DNA of 64,000 bases from Syntrophales bacterium (GTDB lineage: Bacteria > Desulfobacterota > Syntrophia > Syntrophales > UBA6807). The stretch spans positions 416,001 through 480,000 of the forward strand of contig JAXGPA010000001.1 in NCBI GenBank assembly GCA_040767195.1, written 5' to 3'. Each line of letters begins with the position of its first letter. Within the stretch, counting starts at the first letter, position 1. The translations under genes were made by a program, and so were the position numbers. Below, one piece after another: positions 57,947-64,000 of this stretch. The notes beneath the pieces are model-generated. The model was not told the DNA's origin. It saw only the letters and a program-made list of their open reading frames with translations, and did not search any database.

Positions 57947-59716
57947 TTATATGCCGGCCTGGAACTCATCGGGAAAGCGGCGGACCAGGTATTCCCGCAC
58001 GAAGGCCTCGATCTCTTCCGCCACGACCATTTTCATGATGTCGTCCACGAGGCGCCGGCACTCGTCGAGACGAACGTTCCTCACGATGTGTTTCACCTTC
58101 GGGATCGCCAGGGGAGTCATGCTCAATTCGTGAAGGCCGAGCCCCAGAAGGACCATCGTGTAGACCGGGTCGCCGGCCATTTCACCGCACATGGCCACCC
58201 GGATACGCGCCTGGACCGCCGCCTGAACCACCTGGCTGATGAGCCGAAGGATGGCCGGGTGCAGCGGTTCGTAAAGATAGGTGACCCGGTCGTTCACCCG
58301 GTCGATGGCCAGGGAATACTGGATCAGGTCGTTCGTCCCGATACTGAAAAAATCAACCTCCCGGGCCAGGGCGTCGGCCATCATGACCGCCGACGGGACT
58401 TCGATCATGACACCGATCTCGAGATCCCGCCCGAAAGGCGTCCCTTCCCGGAGAAGGTCATCCTTCACTTCCTCGAGAATCCTCTTGGCTTCCCGGATCT
58501 CCTTCACCCCGGAAATCATCGGGAAAAGGATCCGGGTCTTTCCCAGGGCGCCGGCCCGCAGAATGGCCCGCAACTGGGACTTGAAGAGGTCCACCTCCTG
58601 GAGGCAGAACCGGATGGCTCGCAGGCCCATGGCGGGGTTCATCTCTTCGGCGAGACGGGGGTCGGAAATGAACTTGTCACCGCCCAGATCGAATGTCCGT
58701 ATGGTGGCCCATTGAATCCGGGAATTCTCCACGAGGCGCCTGTAGTTGGCGAAATGCTCCTCTTCCGTGGGAAGCCGGTCCCGGTTGATGTAGATGAACT
58801 CGGTCCGGTAAAGCCCGACACCGTCCGCCCCGTGGCTCAGGACCGACGGGATTTCCTCGATGAATTCGATGTTGGCTCCCACGAAAACTTCGTGACCGTC
58901 CCGGGTGACCGCCGGCAGGCCGGCGTTGAGCAGATACTGTTCGCTCATGGCCCGGTGATGCCGCTTCTTGTCTGTGTATCTCTTCCGGACCTCCGGATCG
59001 GGGTTCACGATGACGACGCCGGCGTCCCCGTCGATAATGAGCAGGTCGCCGCTTTGGACATTCGCCGTGATTTCCTGCAGCCCCACAACAGCGGGGATTT
59101 CCATGGACCGGGCGACGATGGCGGTGTGGGAGGTCTTGCCCCCCACGTCCGTGGCGAATCCGAGGACCTTATCGGGGCTCATCTGAACGGTGTCCGCGGG
59201 GGAGAGGTCCCGGGAGACGAGGATACACTCTTCTTCGAGATCGGCAATGGTTTCAGCGGTCTTCCCGGAAAGGTTCCGGAGGACCCGCTGGGCCACGTTC
59301 TCCACGTCGGAAATCCGCTCCCGAAGATACTCGTCATCCATTTTACTGAATATTTCCCGATATTTAAGAAGCGTCAACCGAAGAGCCCACTCGGCGTTGA
59401 TTCTTTTTTCCCGAATCGTGTTCGCCGTTTCCCTCCGAAAGGAGCGGTCTTTAAGGATCAGGGCGTGGATATCGATGAACCGGGCGTCGATCCCCTCGTG
59501 GCTCTTCAGTTTTTCCCGGATCAGGGCGAGCTCCCGTTCGGCCTTTTTCAGGGCCTCGCGGAAGCGCCTGATCTCGTCGGCCACCTGGGAGGCCTTTACC
59601 AGGCGATAGGAAGGAGCGGACATGTCCTGATAGTGGAGGACGTAAGCCCGGCCGCTGACGATGCCGGGAGAGACGCCGACCCCTTTGAAAACCGCTGTCG
59701 TCTTGGGTGAATGCAT
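57947..59716 (-). CDS. ptsI: PEP-protein phosphotransferase (PTS enzyme I)
   Basis: GGKTSHTAIVARS, GVGLYRTEF, NPAMGLRAIR, FSIGTNDL, MCGEMAG. Confidence 0.96.
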   Translation of the reverse strand: MHSPKTTAVFKGVGVSPGIVSGRAYVLHYQDMSAPSYRLVKASQVADEIRRFREALKKAERELALIREKLKSHEGIDARFIDIHALILKDRSFRRETANTIREKRINAEWALRLTLLKYREIFSKMDDEYLRERISDVENVAQRVLRNLSGKTAETIADLEEECILVSRDLSPADTVQMSPDKVLGFATDVGGKTSHTAIVARSMEIPAVVGLQEITANVQSGDLLIIDGDAGVVIVNPDPEVRKRYTDKKRHHRAMSEQYLLNAGLPAVTRDGHEVFVGANIEFIEEIPSVLSHGADGVGLYRTEFIYINRDRLPTEEEHFANYRRLVENSRIQWATIRTFDLGGDKFISDPRLAEEMNPAMGLRAIRFCLQEVDLFKSQLRAILRAGALGKTRILFPMISGVKEIREAKRILEEVKDDLLREGTPFGRDLEIGVMIEVPSAVMMADALAREVDFFSIGTNDLIQYSLAIDRVNDRVTYLYEPLHPAILRLISQVVQAAVQARIRVAMCGEMAGDPVYTMVLLGLGLHELSMTPLAIPKVKHIVRNVRLDECRRLVDDIMKMVVAEEIEAFVREYLVRRFPDEFQAGI

Positions 59717-59722
59717 GCCCGC

Positions 59723-59992
59723 CTATGGTTCCCCGAATTTGCTCTCGATGATTTCCGCAAGTTTGTCCATGGCTTCCCGGGCGTCGACGCCGTCGGTGTT
59801 CACCGTGATGACCCCTCCTTGAGGGCAGGCCAGCGTGAGAATCCCGAGAATGCTCTTTCCATTGACCCGGACGCCGTCCTTTTCCAGGAAGATTTTCGAC
59901 TTATACTGACTGGAGGCCGTCACGAGAAGGGCCGCCGCCCTGGCATGAAGTCCCAGTTTGTTTTTCAGGACGAAAGATCTCGATTCTTTCAT
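59723..59992 (-). CDS. ptsH: Phosphocarrier protein HPr
   Basis: GLHARAA (His15), GKSILGIL (Ser46). Confidence 0.95.
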   Translation of the reverse strand: MKESRSFVLKNKLGLHARAAALLVTASSQYKSKIFLEKDGVRVNGKSILGILTLACPQGGVITVNTDGVDAREAMDKLAEIIESKFGEP

Positions 59993-59996
59993 GCTC

Positions 59997-60746
59997 TCAC
60001 AAGAAGAAAGCCAGGCCGCACGCCGCCAGAGCCGCCCCGTACACCACCCATAGCGTGGAAAGCCCGCGTCGGATGACGACATGGGAAAGGGCGACAAACC
60101 CAAACGCCGGCAGGCACATCCAGCCCTGAAGAACCGGTTCTCCGGGAGTGGATGTCACCGGGAACAGAAACCCGCCGTAAAGGGCCGCCGCAACGGCAGC
60201 GGCACTCTTGGCATGGACCGTCCATCGGGGAAGGTTCCGTTTTTTCAGGAAATCGGCGCCTCCCCGCCCATCCCGGTATCCCGCGAAAAATCCGCCGCAC
60301 CGGACCCACCCGTGAAGGGTGTTGTAAAGAAGAAGGCTGAAAATCCCTCCCCATAAAAAGCCGTTCATGATCAGCAGAACGCCCAGGGTCATGGAGAAGG
60401 GTTTCCAGGCCCCCCAGAAGAAAGGATCTCCCAGGGCAGCGTAAGGCCCCATGAGCACTTTCTTCAATCGAACAGCACCGTGATCCCGCCCCTGGGAGAA
60501 AGTTCCTTTTTCCTCCTGGCGGACGACCGAACCCAGGATCGGCCCGACAAGACAGGGATTCGTCTGAAATCTTTCCGTGTGCCTCGTCAGAAATGCTTTG
60601 CGGCAGTCATCGTCGCCGGGCAGAAAGTCGAGAAGCGGAAGAAGGGCGAAAGCGAACCCCACGTTCTGCATCCTTTCCACGTTCCAGCAGGCCTGGATGA
60701 AGAAAGACCGGAAAAGAATCTCGCGGAGCCTTGAACGAGGGATCAT
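59997..60746 (-). CDS. Mannose-family PTS EIID component
   Basis: WNVERMQNVGF, FQTNP, MGPYAALGDPFFW. Confidence 0.88.
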   Translation of the reverse strand: MIPRSRLREILFRSFFIQACWNVERMQNVGFAFALLPLLDFLPGDDDCRKAFLTRHTERFQTNPCLVGPILGSVVRQEEKGTFSQGRDHGAVRLKKVLMGPYAALGDPFFWGAWKPFSMTLGVLLIMNGFLWGGIFSLLLYNTLHGWVRCGGFFAGYRDGRGGADFLKKRNLPRWTVHAKSAAAVAAALYGGFLFPVTSTPGEPVLQGWMCLPAFGFVALSHVVIRRGLSTLWVVYGAALAACGLAFFL

Positions 60747-60974
60747 GGCCTTCTCACCAATCAAACGACGTCCCCCCACAAAGAGAGAACCCCCGGGAAC
60801 AATTCCGGATTTCCGGCCCGTCCCGCTGTTGTCCTCCCCTAACACGATTGATGAGGGAAGTCAACGTCCTCAAGGACCGCCATGGTGAACCGCCCCGTCG
60901 CCACCGCCAAACGATCCTTTTGAAAATCCTCAACCGGGCGCCCGTTTACGGGATGCCCTTCATATATTTTTTTA

Positions 60975-61003
60975 TTGACAGCGCCTTTTCTCTCTGCTAT
61001 ATA
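60975..61003 (+). promoter_or_regulatory. Near-consensus sigma70 promoter
   Basis: TTGACA-17 nt-TATATA preceded by an AT tract (UP-like). Confidence 0.7.
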
Positions 61004-61092
61004 GCGGCGCCGCTTAAAAACACACATCCTGTAAGAAAACAGCGGAAAACTCTTTATATTATAAAAACCAATATCAGAAGGGGGTGATTCCC

Positions 61093-61377
61093 ATGATTTG
61101 CGATTCCGTAAAAGCAGGTTCCGAGTGCGCCTTCATGACGAAGAAAGGCTGCAGCTACAATGGCGGCAGCTGCCATGAAATCGTCGAGAAATGCGAAGGT
61201 TGTGGAAAAATCATTGTCTATGCCGAAAAAAAATACTGCTCCGTCTATCCCGACCCGGCCAGCAAGTGGGCCATGGGCGGCTGCAGGACGGCGACCCACA
61301 TCAAGAAAGCCTCAGTGGATCAGGCCCAGAAGGTGAATCCGCTGAAGGCGTCGAAACGCGCGGCCCACGGGCGTTAA
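61093..61377 (+). CDS. PxxKW-family cysteine-rich protein
   Basis: 8 Cys; YCSVYPDPASKW; C-terminal KVNPLKASKR. Confidence 0.85.
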   Translation: MICDSVKAGSECAFMTKKGCSYNGGSCHEIVEKCEGCGKIIVYAEKKYCSVYPDPASKWAMGGCRTATHIKKASVDQAQKVNPLKASKRAAHGR

Positions 61378-61423
61378 GCCTTCATTCATCCCATACGGAA
61401 AAACACCTGAAATAGGATTACAA

Positions 61424-61466
61424 AAACGGCCGGCTTCAGGGGTAAACCCTGTAAAGCCGGCCGTTT
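61424..61466. terminator. Hairpin terminator between convergent genes
   Basis: AAACGGCCGGCTT...AAGCCGGCCGTTT 13-bp inverted repeat with an inner CAGGG/CCCTG stem. Confidence 0.8.
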
Positions 61467-61486
61467 CACGGATACCTGTAATCGGT

Positions 61487-61855
61487 TTATGACAGGATGG
61501 CCCTTATTTCCAGGAGGGCTTTCTTGATCGCCGCCAGCCTGCGGCTGTCTTCCCGGTTCGGCGACGGAGCGGTCTCCCCCTGTTGCGGTCCGGACCGGGC
61601 GAGCCTTTTACGGGCGCCGGCGACGGTGTAAAGCTCGTCGTAGAGAAGATGCCGGATATGAAGAAGCTCCATCACGTCTTTTCTGCGATAGAGCCGCTGG
61701 TCCGACTTCGTCCTGTGAGGCCTGACCGATTTGAATTCCGACTCCCAGTAACGGATGACGTAGGGCTCCACCCCGACGATCCGGCTCACTTCCCCGATTC
61801 GGAAGTAGGCCTTGTCGGGAATTTGAGCCTCTCGCTCCAGGGGAGGCCGGGTCAT
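61487..61855 (-). CDS. MerR-family transcriptional regulator
   Basis: IPDKAYFRIGEVS, YVIRYWESEF, QRLYR, YTVAGARKRL. Confidence 0.92.
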   Translation of the reverse strand: MTRPPLEREAQIPDKAYFRIGEVSRIVGVEPYVIRYWESEFKSVRPHRTKSDQRLYRRKDVMELLHIRHLLYDELYTVAGARKRLARSGPQQGETAPSPNREDSRRLAAIKKALLEIRAILS

Positions 61856-64000
61856 GTCCCTCGCACGCTTCCCTTCGTTTCGGCCACAAGGCGGTCTACA
61901 ATGTTCTGATGAACGCGGCTAACGGTCTCGTCGGTAAGCGTCCCTTCCGCTGACCGGTACGTGATCCGTATGCCCATGCTCATCAGGCCGGGGGTAATCC
62001 CTTTCCCTTCATATACATCGAATATTTCCGCCGACTCAAGATATTTTTCCCCAGAATCCCGGACAATGCGGAGAACCGCGGCGCTTTCCGTGTCCCGGTC
62101 CACGAGAAGGGCCACATCCCGGCTCACCGCCGGAAAACGGGGAATTTCGTGGAATCGATCCTTCTTCGCCCGGTGACGGGCGAGGCCCGCCAGATCCAGC
62201 TCGAAGGCGATGACCCGCTGATGCAGGTCCATTTTTTCAAGGACATCCGGGTGGATCTCTCCCAGAAAACCGATTTCATCTCCGCCGATAACAATCCGGC
62301 AGGATCTCCCCGAATGGACGAAGGAAGGGGTTTTATCGGCGACATAGTGGGCCTCTTCCGTCCCGATTTTCTGAAAAACCCGTTCGAGAACCCCCTTGAG
62401 ATCGTAGAAATCGGCCTCCCGGCCCTCGTCGTTCCACTTTTCTCGGTAACGAAGACCGGTAATGATACCGGCGACGCGCTCCTCCTCTTCAGGAAGGATC
62501 CCCTCGCCACGGTCATAGAAGACATTTCCCGTTTCAAAAAGCTTCAGGTCGGGGTTCCCCGCGTTGATGTTCTTTTTCACCGCCAGGAGAAGGCCGTAGA
62601 GGAGATTTGTCCGGAGAACGGAAAAATCTTCGGCCAGGGGATTCCGGATCCGGACGAACCGCCGCCACCGGTCGCCCTCCTCGAGATTCAGGATGTCCGC
62701 CGCCTGGGGGGAAATGAAACTGTAACTGATGGCTTCCGAATAGCCCGACCCGTTCAGGACGTTTCGAAGAGACGCCACGATACTTCTCTTCTCGTCTCCC
62801 GCGCCGCTTCGGACCGAAAGGGGCGGCATGGTCACGGGAACGGCTTCATACCCGGAAATCCGGGCCACTTCCTCCACCAGGTCAATCTCCCGGACCAGGT
62901 CCACCCGGGCCGTCGGCGGGGTGACTTGATACACGGCCCGGCCCCCGCTCGTCACTGTCATTCCCAGGCTTTTCAATACTTTCCTGACATGCCGGGCTGT
63001 GAATTCCGTGCCCAGGACCTGGTTCACCCGCCGGACCCTGAGGGGAATGTCCTGCGACGACACCACCTTTTTCGGGTAAGCGTCGATGAGGCCCCGGCAG
63101 ACCCGGCCGCCGGATAGCTGCGCCAAAAGACGGGCCGAGCGGTTGAGGGCGAAGAGAACCCCTTCCGGGTCGATTCCCCGCTCGAACCGGTAGGCCGCTT
63201 CCGTGGACAGGCCGAGGCGCTTCGAAGACCGCCGGATGCTCGACGGCGTGAAATAGGCGCTTTCAAGGAGGATCGTGTCCGTGTCTTCCTTCACTTCCGA
63301 ATTGAGACCGCCCATGATCCCGGCGATGGCCACCGGTTTCACGCCGTCGCAGATCATGAGCGTCTTGGCGTCAAGCGTTCTGACCTTCTCGTCCAGGGAG
63401 GTGAATTCTTCGCCGTCCCGGGACCCCCGGACCACGATCCGGCCTTCCTCGAGAAACCGAAAATCGAAGGCGTGAAGCGGCTGGCCGCACTCGAGCATGA
63501 CGAAATTGGTCACATCCACGGCGTTGTTTATGGCCCGCATGCCCGACGCTTCGAGACGGAGGCGCATCCAGCCGGGCGACGGCGCGATGGTGATGCCCTT
63601 GACCATCCGTGCCGTGTACCGGGGGCAGAGGTCGGGGTCCAGAATGTCCACCGATGTGAGGTCGTGGATGGTCTCTCCCGACTCGTCGATGGATGTCTCG
63701 GGGTATCGGACCCTGGCTCCGGTGAGGGCGGCGACTTCCCGGGCGATTCCCAGGATGGAAAGGCAATCGGGCCGGTTCGGCGTAATGCTCACTTCCAGGA
63801 CCGTGTCTTCCAGGTTCAGGGCCGCGGCGAGATCCTGCCCCGGATGGAGGGTTTCAGGAAGGACCAGGATGCCCGCGGCATCCTCGCCGATACCCAGTTC
63901 CTCCTCGGAACAGAGCATCCCCTCGGAAACTTCACCCCGGATTCGGGAACTTTTTATCGTGTATCCTCCCGGTATGGTGGCACCCACCTTGGCCAGGGGC
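61852..64000 (-). CDS. pheT: Phenylalanine--tRNA ligase beta subunit (5' end outside the window)
   Basis: SEGMLCS, ITPNRPDCLS, RFERGID, DLVEEVAR, LRTNLL, RFPAVSRD FDX-ACB domain. Confidence 0.97.
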   Translation of the reverse strand, partial: PLAKVGATIPGGYTIKSSRIRGEVSEGMLCSEEELGIGEDAAGILVLPETLHPGQDLAAALNLEDTVLEVSITPNRPDCLSILGIAREVAALTGARVRYPETSIDESGETIHDLTSVDILDPDLCPRYTARMVKGITIAPSPGWMRLRLEASGMRAINNAVDVTNFVMLECGQPLHAFDFRFLEEGRIVVRGSRDGEEFTSLDEKVRTLDAKTLMICDGVKPVAIAGIMGGLNSEVKEDTDTILLESAYFTPSSIRRSSKRLGLSTEAAYRFERGIDPEGVLFALNRSARLLAQLSGGRVCRGLIDAYPKKVVSSQDIPLRVRRVNQVLGTEFTARHVRKVLKSLGMTVTSGGRAVYQVTPPTARVDLVREIDLVEEVARISGYEAVPVTMPPLSVRSGAGDEKRSIVASLRNVLNGSGYSEAISYSFISPQAADILNLEEGDRWRRFVRIRNPLAEDFSVLRTNLLYGLLLAVKKNINAGNPDLKLFETGNVFYDRGEGILPEEEERVAGIITGLRYREKWNDEGREADFYDLKGVLERVFQKIGTEEAHYVADKTPSFVHSGRSCRIVIGGDEIGFLGEIHPDVLEKMDLHQRVIAFELDLAGLARHRAKKDRFHEIPRFPAVSRDVALLVDRDTESAAVLRIVRDSGEKYLESAEIFDVYEGKGITPGLMSMGIRITYRSAEGTLTDETVSRVHQNIVDRLVAETKGSVRGT

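Noticed and set aside
1..64000. CRISPR arrays, tRNA (including selC), rRNA, prophage or defence genes
   Set aside because: None seen on reading; no regularly spaced repeats or recognisable RNA genes, although a covariance-model scan was not possible

Overview
GC-rich bacterial chromosomal window. Gene content suggests an anaerobic deltaproteobacterium (Syntrophales/Desulfobacterota-like; inference). In order it contains: ruvX (partial); selB-fdhD-yhaM; yggS/maf/MBL-hydrolase/yjbQ; an accessory sigma54-regulated sulfatase module (lipoproteins, outer-membrane channel, anaerobic sulfatase maturase, Ser-type arylsulfatase, ABM protein, enhancer-binding protein, with a tandem palindromic UAS); a c-di-GMP-I riboswitch leading pilD-fimT-pilV-pilW-pilX; argS; the ffh-rpsP-khpA-rimM-trmD-rplS-rnhB-yraN-rsmI cluster; a secreted subtilase-FN3 protein with a GGGGCF tail, convergent on a type II secretion operon that has a parvulin PPIase gene inside its pseudopilin run; a decayed RAYT/Y1 transposase; nth; fdhE; a Tat-exported selenocysteine formate dehydrogenase operon (the ORF track splits fdnG at the UGA-Sec codon) led by a Moco/tungsten-cofactor-type riboswitch lacking P3; plsB; ptsI-ptsH with an orphan EIID; a PxxKW Cys-rich protein; a MerR regulator; and pheT (partial). 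The main elements missing from the ORF track are the two riboswitches, the Sec readthrough, the sigma54 UAS, a 59-aa Cys ORF and a MITE-like repeat.
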